In this document: in pieces, positions 7,943-16,376 of the stretch
Position numbering within the stretch: position 1 is the stretch's first letter
Layout of the letters: every line of letters starts with the position of its first letter
The notes under the pieces: model-generated
The model's input: the letters and a program-made list of their open reading frames with translations, nothing else
Databases searched by the model: none
What the model was told of the DNA's origin: nothing
Program-made: the position numbers and the translations under genes
Assembly: GCA_023265175.1 (NCBI GenBank)
Contig: JAHFUI010000005.1
Coordinates: 6,862 to 70,861 of the forward strand
DNA from: Acidobacteriota bacterium
Lineage (GTDB): Bacteria; Acidobacteriota; Vicinamibacteria; Vicinamibacterales; CAVVIG01
Length of the DNA: 64,000 nucleotides
Reading direction: 5' to 3'

Positions 7943-9592
7943 ATGGCCATAAACACAGCAAACCCGACGCCGGGCTTTCATACGGACTCGCTCGAGATCG
8001 GCACCGACGATCGCCGCGTCGAGCTCGAACAGGCGCGCCGCCTCGCCGGACGGTACCGTCTCGAGTTCGTCGACATGGACACGTTCCGGATTGATCAGGA
8101 GCTCTTTCGATCGATCCCTGCGGACCTGATGCTGCGGTACGGGTTCGTGCCACTGCGCCGCGACGGCAAGACGCTGGCCATCGTCGTCTCGGATCCGAGC
8201 GATCTGCCGATGATCGACGAGCTCGCCGTGCTGCTGTCGGCGCCGATCAAAGTCACCGTCGGCGCGCGATCGGCCATCGAGTCCATTCTGAAGAAGAGCG
8301 AGAGCTCGACGCGCGTGCTCGAAGAGGCGACCGAGAGCTTCCAGCTTCAGCTGCTCAAAGAGGAAGACACCGGCGACGAGAGCCTGACGGTCGAACGCCT
8401 GACGAGCGACATCAGCCCCGTCATCCGGCTCGTGGACTCGACGATCTACACGGCCATCCAGCGCCGCGCGAGCGACATCCACATCGAGACGCAGGACGAT
8501 GCGGTCCACGTGAAGTACCGGATCGACGGCGTGCTGCAGCCGGCCATGCGGCCGATCGCGAAGCAGTTTCATAGCTCGATCATCTCGCGCATCAAGGTGA
8601 TGGCGGAGCTCGACATCGCCGAAAAGCGCGTGCCGCAGGACGGCCGCTTCAGGCTCAAGATGCCTGGCAAGACGATCGACTTCCGCGTGTCGATCATGCC
8701 CAGCGTGCACGGCGAAGACGCGGTCATCCGCATTCTCGACAAGGAATCGATCAGCGAGCAGTTCACGGAGCTGCGGCTCGACATCCTCGGCTTTCCGGAA
8801 GCCGAGCTGAAGCGCTTTCGGAAATACATCGCCGAGCCGTATGGGATGGTGCTCGTGACCGGCCCGACGGGCAGCGGCAAGACGACCACGCTCTACGCGG
8901 CCCTGTCGGAGATCAAGTCGATTGAAGACAAGATCATCACGATCGAGGACCCGGTCGAGTACCAGCTCGCCGGCATCACACAGATCCCGATCAACGAGAA
9001 GAAGGGCCTGACGTTCGCGCGCGGCTTGCGGTCGATTCTCCGGCACGACCCGGACAAGATCATGGTCGGCGAGATCCGCGACTCGGAGACGGCGCAGATT
9101 GCGATCAACTCGGCGCTGACGGGACACCTCGTGTTCACGACCGTCCACGCCAACAACGTGCTCGACGTGCTCGGACGGTTCCTCAACATGGGCGTCGAAG
9201 CGTATCAGTTCGTGTCGGCGCTCAACTGCGTCCTCGCGCAGCGCCTCGTGCGCAACATCTGCTCGCACTGCAAACGCCCGACGAAGGTGACTCGCGCCCT
9301 GCTCGAAGAGTCCGGCCTCGATCTCGCGCTCGAACAGACGCACACCTTCTACGAGGGCATCGGCTGCATCGAGTGCGGCGGCACCGGGTACAAGGGCCGC
9401 ACGGCCATCTGCGAGCTGCTGGATCTCTCCGATCACATCCGCGAGATGATTCTCGAGAAGCGGCCGACGTCGGAAATCAAGAAGGCCGCGCGGGAAGAAG
9501 GGATGCGGTTTCTCCGCGAGTCGGCGGTTGAACGGGTTATGGAAGGCACGACCACGCTGCGCGAGATCAACAAGGTCACCTTCGTCGAATGA
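7943..9592 (+). CDS. GspE/PilB family secretion ATPase
   Basis: T2SSE_N-like N-domain, Walker A GPTGSGKTT, Asp/His boxes, and the tetracysteine motif CSHCK...CIECGGTGYKGR. Confidence 0.95.
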   Translation: MAINTANPTPGFHTDSLEIGTDDRRVELEQARRLAGRYRLEFVDMDTFRIDQELFRSIPADLMLRYGFVPLRRDGKTLAIVVSDPSDLPMIDELAVLLSAPIKVTVGARSAIESILKKSESSTRVLEEATESFQLQLLKEEDTGDESLTVERLTSDISPVIRLVDSTIYTAIQRRASDIHIETQDDAVHVKYRIDGVLQPAMRPIAKQFHSSIISRIKVMAELDIAEKRVPQDGRFRLKMPGKTIDFRVSIMPSVHGEDAVIRILDKESISEQFTELRLDILGFPEAELKRFRKYIAEPYGMVLVTGPTGSGKTTTLYAALSEIKSIEDKIITIEDPVEYQLAGITQIPINEKKGLTFARGLRSILRHDPDKIMVGEIRDSETAQIAINSALTGHLVFTTVHANNVLDVLGRFLNMGVEAYQFVSALNCVLAQRLVRNICSHCKRPTKVTRALLEESGLDLALEQTHTFYEGIGCIECGGTGYKGRTAICELLDLSDHIREMILEKRPTSEIKKAAREEGMRFLRESAVERVMEGTTTLREINKVTFVE

Positions 9593-10560
9593 GCCTCCTG
9601 TCCTCACTCCGCAGCGCGACGGCGCCGCCGGTGGCGGTGGAGATCGCCGCCAGCCGCGTGTCGGCGGCGGCGATCGAGTTCCGTGCGGGGAAGGCGTTGG
9701 TGTCCGCGCACGCCGCGGAGCCGCTGCCCGAGGGAATCCTCGTTCCCTCGCTGGCCACTGCGAACGTCCACGATCGCGCCGCGTTGATCGGCGCACTGGG
9801 CCGCGTGTTCGATCGCCTCGGCGGCCGGCCGAACCGGGTCGGCCTCATCGTGCCCGATCCCGTGGTCAAGGTCTCGCTCGTCCGCTTCGAACAGGTCCCG
9901 CCGCGCCGGCAGGATCTCGATCAGCTCGTGCGCTGGCAGGTGAGAAAGACCGCGCCGTTTCCGATCGAGGACGCGCAGGTCAGTTACGTGCCGGGGCTTC
10001 GCGGCCCGGCCGGGCAGGAATTCATCGTCTCCATGGCCCGGCGCGACGTCGTGTCGGAGTATGAGGGTCTCTGCGAAGAAGTCGGCGCCCATCCGGGCAT
10101 CGTCGATCTCGCGACCTTCAACGTCGTCAACGCCGTCCTTGCGGGATCGGCGCCTCCGGCGGGCGACTGGCTGCTCGTCAACGTGACGGCCGATTACGCA
10201 TCGATCGCCATACTGCGCGGCGAGCATCTGATTTTCTTCCGCAACCGCGCCTCGGACACCGAGGGCACGCTGGCCGATCTGGTCCATCAGACGGCGATGT
10301 ACTACGAGGATCGCCTCGGCGGCGGCGGTTTCAGCCGCGTCCTCCTCGCGGGCGGCGCTGGCGGGGGCGCGCGCCAGACTGCGGAAGTCGATCACGTGCG
10401 TCGCAGCCTCGAAGAACGGCTGACCAGCGCCGTCGAAACCGTCGATCCGCGCACCGCCGCGGCGCTCACCGATCGCATCTCGGTGGCCCCCGCGCTTCTC
10501 GACACGCTGGCCCCGCTCGTCGGCCTGCTGCTTCGCGGTCAGGACGTGCACGTTGACTGA
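9589..10560 (+). CDS. pilM: Pilus/secretion assembly protein PilM (actin-like ATPase fold)
   Basis: 323 aa, with ATGA overlap to the upstream ATPase gene. The VGLIVPDPVVKVSLVRFEQVP...QVRKTAPFPIEDAQVSY pattern is typical of PilM. Confidence 0.85.
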   Translation: MSLLSSLRSATAPPVAVEIAASRVSAAAIEFRAGKALVSAHAAEPLPEGILVPSLATANVHDRAALIGALGRVFDRLGGRPNRVGLIVPDPVVKVSLVRFEQVPPRRQDLDQLVRWQVRKTAPFPIEDAQVSYVPGLRGPAGQEFIVSMARRDVVSEYEGLCEEVGAHPGIVDLATFNVVNAVLAGSAPPAGDWLLVNVTADYASIAILRGEHLIFFRNRASDTEGTLADLVHQTAMYYEDRLGGGGFSRVLLAGGAGGGARQTAEVDHVRRSLEERLTSAVETVDPRTAAALTDRISVAPALLDTLAPLVGLLLRGQDVHVD

Positions 10561-10612
10561 GCGGAACGTCGGTTCACGCAATGCCGAGCGGCGAGGCCGC
10601 GAAGGCACAGGT

Positions 10613-10632
10613 CGTGGGGGTGGGGCCCCACG
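10613..10632. repeat. 20-nt G-rich palindromic motif CGTGGGGGTGGGGCCCCACG, copy 1
   Basis: An identical 20-mer recurs at 36697-36716. It contains the perfect 12-bp palindrome GTGGGGCCCCAC and sits 12 nt upstream of the pilN-like start. Confidence 0.8.
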
Positions 10633-10644
10633 ACAAAGCGATAA

Positions 10645-11235
10645 ATGATTCACACGAACCTGTCGACACGCCCGTTCTACAACGAGCGCGCCGTGCAACT
10701 CGTCCTCGCGGCGGTGGCCGTCGTGGCCGTCGCCGCCACCGTGTTCAACGTCACGCGCATCGTCCAGCTGTCCCGCCGCGACACCCAGCTCGCGACTCAG
10801 GCGTCGCGTGACGAGGCGCGCGCCGCGGATCTCAGGGCGACGGCGGCGCGGCTGCGCGCGACCGTCGATCCGAGGGCGATCGAGCTGGCGTCCGTGGACG
10901 CGCGCCAGGCCAACGACCTCATCGAGCGTCGCACGTTCTCCTGGACCGAGTTGTTCAATCGCTTCGAGATGACGCTCCCAGACGATGTGCGCATTGCCGC
11001 CGTGCGGCCGAAGATCGATCCCAAGCAGGGCATCGTGCTCACGGTCATCGTCATCGCCAAGAGCATCGACGATGTGAATCAGTTCGTCGACAATCTCGAA
11101 GCGACCGGCGCCTTCGCCGCATTGGAAAAGCACGACGAGCACGTCGACGACCAGAATCAGTGGGAGGCGGCGCTGCAGGCGGTCTATATGCCGGCCGCGC
11201 GGCCTGCGGCGGCGGCCGAAGGGACCCGGCGATGA
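10645..11235 (+). CDS. PilN-like bitopic assembly protein
   Basis: MIHTNLSTRPFYNERAVQLVLAAVAVVAVAATVF matches the PilN N-terminal consensus (NLLP-type motif followed by one TM), then a coiled coil. Operon position is after pilM. Confidence 0.7.
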   Translation: MIHTNLSTRPFYNERAVQLVLAAVAVVAVAATVFNVTRIVQLSRRDTQLATQASRDEARAADLRATAARLRATVDPRAIELASVDARQANDLIERRTFSWTELFNRFEMTLPDDVRIAAVRPKIDPKQGIVLTVIVIAKSIDDVNQFVDNLEATGAFAALEKHDEHVDDQNQWEAALQAVYMPAARPAAAAEGTRR

Positions 11236-11807
11236 CGCTTCTGAAGCGGATGTTCGTCGAGAAGCGCGCTGTTGCAGTGCCGCTGCTGCTGGCGCTGCTG
11301 GCCAACGCCCTCGTGTATGCGATCGTCGTGTATCCCAAGGCCCGGAGGGCAGCGGCGGCGGTCGACCGTGCGGCGGCAGCGGCGGACGCGCTGAAGGCCG
11401 CCGAGCGCGATCAGGCTGCGGCCCGGGCGCTGGTCACGGGAAAGGCGCGCGCCGAGGAGGAGCTGGCGACGTTCTTCGACCGCGTGCTGCCGGCCGATCG
11501 CATCGCCGCGCAGCGGATGACCTATTCGCGTGTGCCAGGCCTAGCCCGCAAGGCGAACGTCCGCTACGAAGCGGGGTCGTTTGAGCGGGATCCGGATGTC
11601 AAGGGCGGACGCGTGGGTCGGCTGCACTCCCGCATGGTCCTGCAGTGCGATTACGAAAGCTTCCGCCGCTTCATCTACGAGCTCGACACATCGCCAGAAT
11701 TCCTGATCATCGACAGCGTGGCGATCGCGCAGGGCGAGGTCGGCAAGCCGCTGACGCTCACCCTTGATGTCTCGACCTACTACCGCACGAAGGCCAATGG
11801 GACCTGA
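11232..11807 (+). CDS. PilO-like bitopic assembly protein
   Basis: ATG 11232 overlaps the pilN stop (ATGA). MTLLKRMFVEKRAVAVPLLLALLANALVYAIVVYP gives a single TM followed by a coiled coil. Assignment rests on position and architecture. Confidence 0.6.
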   Translation: MTLLKRMFVEKRAVAVPLLLALLANALVYAIVVYPKARRAAAAVDRAAAAADALKAAERDQAAARALVTGKARAEEELATFFDRVLPADRIAAQRMTYSRVPGLARKANVRYEAGSFERDPDVKGGRVGRLHSRMVLQCDYESFRRFIYELDTSPEFLIIDSVAIAQGEVGKPLTLTLDVSTYYRTKANGT

Positions 11808-12351
11808 CCGCCGCAGGCCGATCCTTCTGGGCGTTTTCGTCGCGCTGGTGGCGTTTGTTGTCTACCGCATGTGGCCGGCCTCGGCCATCGCGCCGCTGCC
11901 GTCGTCTAATGGAAGGACGAGCACCGCGGCGAATCCGGCCCGGCGATCGACGCCGGCGTCCGTCACGGCACTGGACGTTCACCTGGAGGAGCTCGCGGCG
12001 GAACGGCCAAAACCGACAGAGACTGATCGGAACCTGTTCCGGTTCAAGCCGCCGCCACCGCCTTCCCCGGCACCACGAGGGGCGCAGGCGCCGCCGCCAG
12101 TGGTTCCGAGCGGTCCGCCACAGCCGCCTCCGCCGCCGCCGATCACGTTGAAGTTCATCGGGCTGATCGGACCGACGGCGCATCTGCCGAAGATGGCGGT
12201 GTTGAGCGACGGGCGCGGAACGCCCGTGTACGGGAAAGAAGGGGATATCATCCTGGGCCAGTACCGCATCGTGCGCATTGGCGCCGAATCGATTGAGATG
12301 TCGTACCTCGATGGCCGCGGACGCACGACAATCCGGCTATCGGGCAGCTAG
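11797..12351 (+). CDS. PilP-like protein (TM anchor, Pro-rich linker, small beta domain)
   Basis: ATG 11797 overlaps the pilO-like stop. Has a TM segment ILLGVFVALVAFVVY, a Pro-rich stretch, and C-terminal KFIGLIG...AVLSDGRGTPVYGKEGDIILGQYRIVRIGAESIEM, like PilP/GspC HR-type domains. Confidence 0.5.
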   Translation: MGPDRRRPILLGVFVALVAFVVYRMWPASAIAPLPSSNGRTSTAANPARRSTPASVTALDVHLEELAAERPKPTETDRNLFRFKPPPPPSPAPRGAQAPPPVVPSGPPQPPPPPPITLKFIGLIGPTAHLPKMAVLSDGRGTPVYGKEGDIILGQYRIVRIGAESIEMSYLDGRGRTTIRLSGS

Positions 12352-12459
12352 GAGCGTGTCTAAGAAACCGGAACACGCTCCTAGCCGTCTTGAGTCCCAA
12401 AACTTGCACCACATGGGTCAAGTTTTCAGTCAAGACGGCTAGCCCCCGCGAAGCGGGGC
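12347..12459 (+). promoter_or_regulatory. Three consecutive stem-loops between the pilP-like gene and the secretin gene
   Basis: Hairpin 1 has a perfect 13-bp stem (12347-12359 / 12373-12385). Hairpin 2 has a 13-bp outer stem (12381-12393 / 12430-12442) plus an 8-bp inner stem, and shares 5 nt with hairpin 1. Hairpin 3 is CCCCGC-GAA-GCGGGG (12444-12458). Confidence 0.6.
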
Positions 12460-12471
12460 TGTGAGAAAGGT

Positions 12472-12487
12472 GGCACTAGCGAAGCTG
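12472..12487 (+). promoter_or_regulatory. Weak sigma-54-like -24/-12 element (TGGCAC-N5-AAGCT)
   Basis: TGGCACTAGCGAAGCT has the correct GG-to-GC spacing, but the -12 box is AAGC rather than TTGC. It lies 120 nt upstream of the secretin start, and rpoN is present in the window. Confidence 0.3.
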
Positions 12488-12605
12488 CGCCGGGACCGTC
12501 ATGTGTCTCGTTGGTCTGAGGCGCAGCCTCGCTAGTACTTCGCCGGCAAAAACGCCAATGATTTGGAAGGAACGCGCGCGTAGCGCTCCTAGACGAAGGA
12601 GATTC

Positions 12606-15152
12606 GTGACAAAACGGATGAGGGGTATCGGTGTCGTGTTGTCGTTGGCCCTGATTGCGGGCGGGTGCGCCGCCGGCCGGGCGTTTCGCCAGGGCGACTC
12701 GGCCACGCGGGCCGGCGACCTCGACCAGGCGGTCGTGTCGTATCGGCGCGCCGTGCAAGCCGACCCCGATAATCCCCGGTACAAGATCGCACTCGAACGG
12801 GCGATGCAGGCGGCGTCCCGCGCTCATCTCGAACGCGCGCGCCAGTTCGAGCAGCAGGATCAACTCGAAGCGGCGCTCGGCGAATACCGCTTGGCGAGCG
12901 AGTACGACCCGAGCAATCGTGGCGTCGCCGGAAAAGTGGCGTCAGTCGAAAAAACCATTCGCGACCGCATCGAAGCTTCGCGCCCGAAGCCGGCCGGCCA
13001 GCAGTTGCGCGACCGGGCGCGCGCCGCGTCGGCGGAGCCGGTGCTCATCGGCGCGACCACACGCTTTCCGCTGCGTGTCAACAATACCCCGATCAAAGAC
13101 GTGCTCAATGTCATCGCGAACCTGACCGGCATCAACATCACCTACGACCGCGACGTGCCGAACACCGCAATCACGCTCCAATTCGACGATCTGACGGTGG
13201 AACAGGCGCTCAATCAGATCATGTCGATGAGCCAGCTCTCGTACAAGGTCGTCAACGAGCGATCGATCTTCGTGTTCAACGACACCCAGCCGAAGCACGG
13301 CCAGTACGACGAGCAGGTCATTCAGACCTTCCCCATCCAGAACGCCGACGCGACCGAGCTGATGCAGGTGATCAGCAACGTCATCCGGCTGCAGGGCATT
13401 CCGATCCAACCGTTGCTCTTCGGAAACAAGACGGCCAACTCCATCACAGCCCGCGCCAGCACGACCGTCATGCAGATCATCGAGAAGATGATCCGGCAGA
13501 ACGACAAGCCGAGGGCCGAGCTCGTGTTCGACCTGGAGATTCTCGAGGTCGATCGCGAGCGGGCAAAAACCTACGGACTCGACCTCTCGCAGTTCGCGGT
13601 GGGGGCGGTGTTTTCACCGGAAGTCTCGCCGAGCGCCACGACTACGACGAGCGGCGCCGGGACAGGTGCCGGCGCCGGAACGGGCACGACGACCACGACG
13701 ACCCAGACTGGACGGTCGACGGCGCCGGACTCGGTGACATCGCCGCCGGCGTTCAACCTCAATACGCTCTCGCGGGGGATCACGACAGCGGATTTCTATC
13801 TCGCCGTTCCCGCAGCCGTGGTGCGCGCGCTTGAAACCGATACGCGGACGAAACTGCTCGCGAAGCCGCAGCTGCGCGGCGCCGAAGGCAACAAACTGAC
13901 CGTCAACCTCGGCACACAGGTCCCCGTGGTCTCTACGAGCTACACCCCAATCGCTACGGGCGGCGCCGGCGTCAACCCGCTCAACTCGTTCCAGCTCAAG
14001 GATGTCGGCATCAACATCGACCTCACGCCGCGTGTCACGCTGGACGGCGACGTCCTGATTGAGCTCAACGTGGAGAGCAGCGCGCAAGGCCCGGACAAGA
14101 ACGTGGCCGGCACGAACTACCCCTCGTTCACCAGGCGCGCGGTCAACACGCACCTGCGACTGCGCGACGGGGAATCCAATCTGCTCGCGGGGCTGCTGCG
14201 CGAGGACGAAACCAATTCCGTGCGTGGGTTCCCGGGCGCGATTCATGTGCCGTTGCTGAAGCAGGTGTTCTCGTCCAACACCAGCTCGAAGAGCCAGATC
14301 GATTTGATCATGCTGTTGACGCCGCACATCATCCGCACGAACGAGATCACGGAAGACGATCTGAAACCGATCTACATCGGGTCGATCCAGAGTCTCGGCA
14401 TCGGCGGACCGCCACCGCTCATCGCGCTGCCGCCGACGGCCGAGCCGCCGTCGACGACGCCACCGGCCGCCGCGCCGCGATCGCCAGGCACCACACCCGG
14501 CGCGCCGGCGTCGCCGCCGCTCACGCCGCCGGGCACTGTGTTGGCGCCGCCGCCAGGCTCCTCGCCGGTTCCGGGATTGGTCGTCGTGCCGCAGCCACAG
14601 GCGACGCCGCCGCCTCAACCGGCGCAGCCGCCCGCTGCACCGCCACCGACGCCCGCTCCCGCGCCGGCCGCGACAGTCACGCCGCCCGCCACGCCGCCGG
14701 CCGCGGCCCAGCCCGAACCGGTCACGGCGGCGGGCGTCGGATCGGCGCAGGTGATCATTTCACCGCCGGGAACTTCATTCCGGGTCGGCCAGGGACCGTA
14801 CACCGTGCCGCTCTCGGTTGTCGGCGCCTCGCGGCTGTCGACCGTGACGCTGACGTTGACGTTCGATCCGGCGCTGCTACGCGTGCGAACCGTACAGGAC
14901 GGCGGCTTCATGCGTGCGGGTGGCGCGAACGCCACCTTCGCGCAGCAGGTGTCGCCTGGCCGTGTCGACGTCACGATCACGCGCGCCGCCGACGCGACTG
15001 GCGCCACGGGTACGGGTCTTCTGGCCGCAGTGATCTTCGACGCCGTCGCGCCGGGCACCGCGACGCTCACGCTGAGCGGGACCGCCACCGGTCCGGGCGG
15101 CACCGCCATGGGTCTGCAGTTCCGTCCGGTAACAATCACGGTTCAACAGTGA
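12606..15152 (+). CDS. Secretin (GspD/PilQ family) with N-terminal lipoprotein signal and TPR repeats, Pro-rich linker and C-terminal cohesin-like domain
   Basis: ORF 12501..15152. GTG 12606 is preceded by AGGAG. Contains MRGIGVVLSLALIAGGC (lipobox), TPR-like DLDQAVVSYRRAVQADPDNPRYKIALERA, and the secretin core LLAKPQLRGAEGNKLTVNLGTQVPV...GFPGAIHVPLLKQVFS...LIMLLTPHII. About 110 aa of Pro-rich linker follow, then a 136-aa beta-rich domain (nt 14742-15149). Confidence 0.85.
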   Translation: MTKRMRGIGVVLSLALIAGGCAAGRAFRQGDSATRAGDLDQAVVSYRRAVQADPDNPRYKIALERAMQAASRAHLERARQFEQQDQLEAALGEYRLASEYDPSNRGVAGKVASVEKTIRDRIEASRPKPAGQQLRDRARAASAEPVLIGATTRFPLRVNNTPIKDVLNVIANLTGINITYDRDVPNTAITLQFDDLTVEQALNQIMSMSQLSYKVVNERSIFVFNDTQPKHGQYDEQVIQTFPIQNADATELMQVISNVIRLQGIPIQPLLFGNKTANSITARASTTVMQIIEKMIRQNDKPRAELVFDLEILEVDRERAKTYGLDLSQFAVGAVFSPEVSPSATTTTSGAGTGAGAGTGTTTTTTQTGRSTAPDSVTSPPAFNLNTLSRGITTADFYLAVPAAVVRALETDTRTKLLAKPQLRGAEGNKLTVNLGTQVPVVSTSYTPIATGGAGVNPLNSFQLKDVGINIDLTPRVTLDGDVLIELNVESSAQGPDKNVAGTNYPSFTRRAVNTHLRLRDGESNLLAGLLREDETNSVRGFPGAIHVPLLKQVFSSNTSSKSQIDLIMLLTPHIIRTNEITEDDLKPIYIGSIQSLGIGGPPPLIALPPTAEPPSTTPPAAAPRSPGTTPGAPASPPLTPPGTVLAPPPGSSPVPGLVVVPQPQATPPPQPAQPPAAPPPTPAPAPAATVTPPATPPAAAQPEPVTAAGVGSAQVIISPPGTSFRVGQGPYTVPLSVVGASRLSTVTLTLTFDPALLRVRTVQDGGFMRAGGANATFAQQVSPGRVDVTITRAADATGATGTGLLAAVIFDAVAPGTATLTLSGTATGPGGTAMGLQFRPVTITVQQ

Positions 15153-15256
15153 CGAGCGCGCAGCACCCAGCACGCCGCACGCGGCATCCTGCACCGAGCA
15201 CCAGGCGCGTTGAATCCGACACGCGGCCCGCGCCGCCGGGCTCTGCACGTTGCACC

Positions 15257-15724
15257 GTGCAGTCGGGTGCAGGCTACACCTTCATCGAGCTGCTCGTCGT
15301 CTCGACGATCGTGTTGATCCTTGCGTCGGCGATCATGCCGCTGGCGCGGGTCACGTCGACGAGGGCCCGCGAGGCGGAGCTGCATCGCGCGTTGCGCGAG
15401 ATCCGCACGGCAGTCGACAAGTACAAGGACGCCGCCGATCTGGGCAACATCGGGGCGCTCGAGATCAAAGTGGGCAGCGAAGGCTATCCGCCTGACTTGG
15501 AGACGCTCGTCGACGGTGTGCCGGCGGCGAACGACGCCACCGGCCGGAAGCTCAAGTTTCTCCGAAAAATTCCGGTCGATCCGATGACGCACACCACCGA
15601 CTGGGGCCTGCGCTCATATCAGGACAAGCCGGACACGACACATTGGGGCGGCCAGAACGTGTTCGACGTCTATACGACCTTCAACGCCAAGGCTTTGGAT
15701 GGCACGAGCTATAGGGACTGGTAA
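15257..15724 (+). CDS. GspG-like pseudopilin / type IV pilin-like protein 1
   Basis: Prepilin motif G|YTFIELLVVSTIVLILASAI with Glu5, and a GspG-like body (EIRTAVDKYKDAADLG...YPPDLETLV...KIPVDPMT). The start is uncertain; the ORF opens at 15149 and GTG 15257 gives a short leader. Confidence 0.75.
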   Translation: MQSGAGYTFIELLVVSTIVLILASAIMPLARVTSTRAREAELHRALREIRTAVDKYKDAADLGNIGALEIKVGSEGYPPDLETLVDGVPAANDATGRKLKFLRKIPVDPMTHTTDWGLRSYQDKPDTTHWGGQNVFDVYTTFNAKALDGTSYRDW

Positions 15725-15870
15725 ATCTGGTAATTGGGTAATCTGGTAATTAGGTAATCGGATAATTGAATTGTGCGATTGAATGGCGCGTTCCACCGTC
15801 TTCCGCAGCTGGTTCGTGCAATGAGACAATCCGATTACTCGATCACCCGATTACCCGATGACCCGATTTC
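15724..15870. repeat. Family-B-like octamer hairpin (GGTAATCN units), right arm inside the next gene
   Basis: The left arm (15724-15768) starts at the stop codon of pseudopilin 1. The right arm (15827-15870) is its imperfect reverse complement and encodes residues 3-17 of the pseudopilin 2 leader. The spacer contains ATG 15821. Confidence 0.7.
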
Positions 15871-16255
15871 GAGTGAGTCCGGCTTCACCCTCATCGAGCT
15901 CCTCGTGGTGCTGTCGATCATCATCATCCTCGCCTCGGTTGGACTGGCGCAGTACAAGCACAGCGTCGTGTACGCGAGTGAGGCGATCCTGCGGGACGAC
16001 TTGAGCAAGTTGCGCGAGGCCATCGATCAGTATTACGCCGACAAAGGGCAGTATCCGAGCAGTCTCGATGCGCTGGTGTCCGACGGGTATATCCGTAAAG
16101 TCCCCGTCGACCCATTCACGAAGTCATCGACCAGTTGGCAGACAGTGCCCGCCGAGCCCGATCCGAACAACCCCACCGCTCAAGGCGGCGTGTACGACGT
16201 GAAGAGCGGGTCCGATGGGGCCTCGCTGAACGGCGACAAGTACGCGGACTGGTAA
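15821..16255 (+). CDS. gspG: Type II secretion major pseudopilin GspG-like protein 2
   Basis: MRQSDYSITRLPDDPISSESG|FTLIELLVVLSIIIILASVGLAQY with Glu5. LREAIDQYYADKGQYPSSLDALVSDGYIRKVPVDPFT is the classic T2SS-G domain pattern. The leader is unusually long at 21 aa. Confidence 0.85.
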   Translation: MRQSDYSITRLPDDPISSESGFTLIELLVVLSIIIILASVGLAQYKHSVVYASEAILRDDLSKLREAIDQYYADKGQYPSSLDALVSDGYIRKVPVDPFTKSSTSWQTVPAEPDPNNPTAQGGVYDVKSGSDGASLNGDKYADW

Positions 16256-16376
16256 ACAGAACCCGCCCTTCGCGGAACGCCTCGCGATCCACCCCGACTC
16301 ACAGAACGGCTCTTCCAGGCGAGCCGACGATGGTTCTGTTGAACCACGGTCCGTCGGGAATCCACTGCTCGGCGCA

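Noticed and set aside
6980-9796. 938-aa ORF on the minus strand, together with similar long ORFs at 3221..4762, 9604..11142, 13614..14618, 23080..24144, 31021..33159, 35207..36811, 45093..46688, 46700..48052, 55765..57132 and 62569..63885.
   Set aside because: All are antisense or out-of-frame to genes with clear family signatures. Their translations are Arg/His/Asp/Pro-rich low-information strings typical of spurious ORFs in high-GC DNA, with no recognisable motifs.
15149-15256. Sigma-54 promoter or a long leader directly upstream of pseudopilin 1.
   Set aside because: No TGGCAC-N5-TTGC-like element with correct spacing was found in 15153-15256. The 36 upstream in-frame codons are Arg/Pro-rich and unlikely to be a leader peptide.
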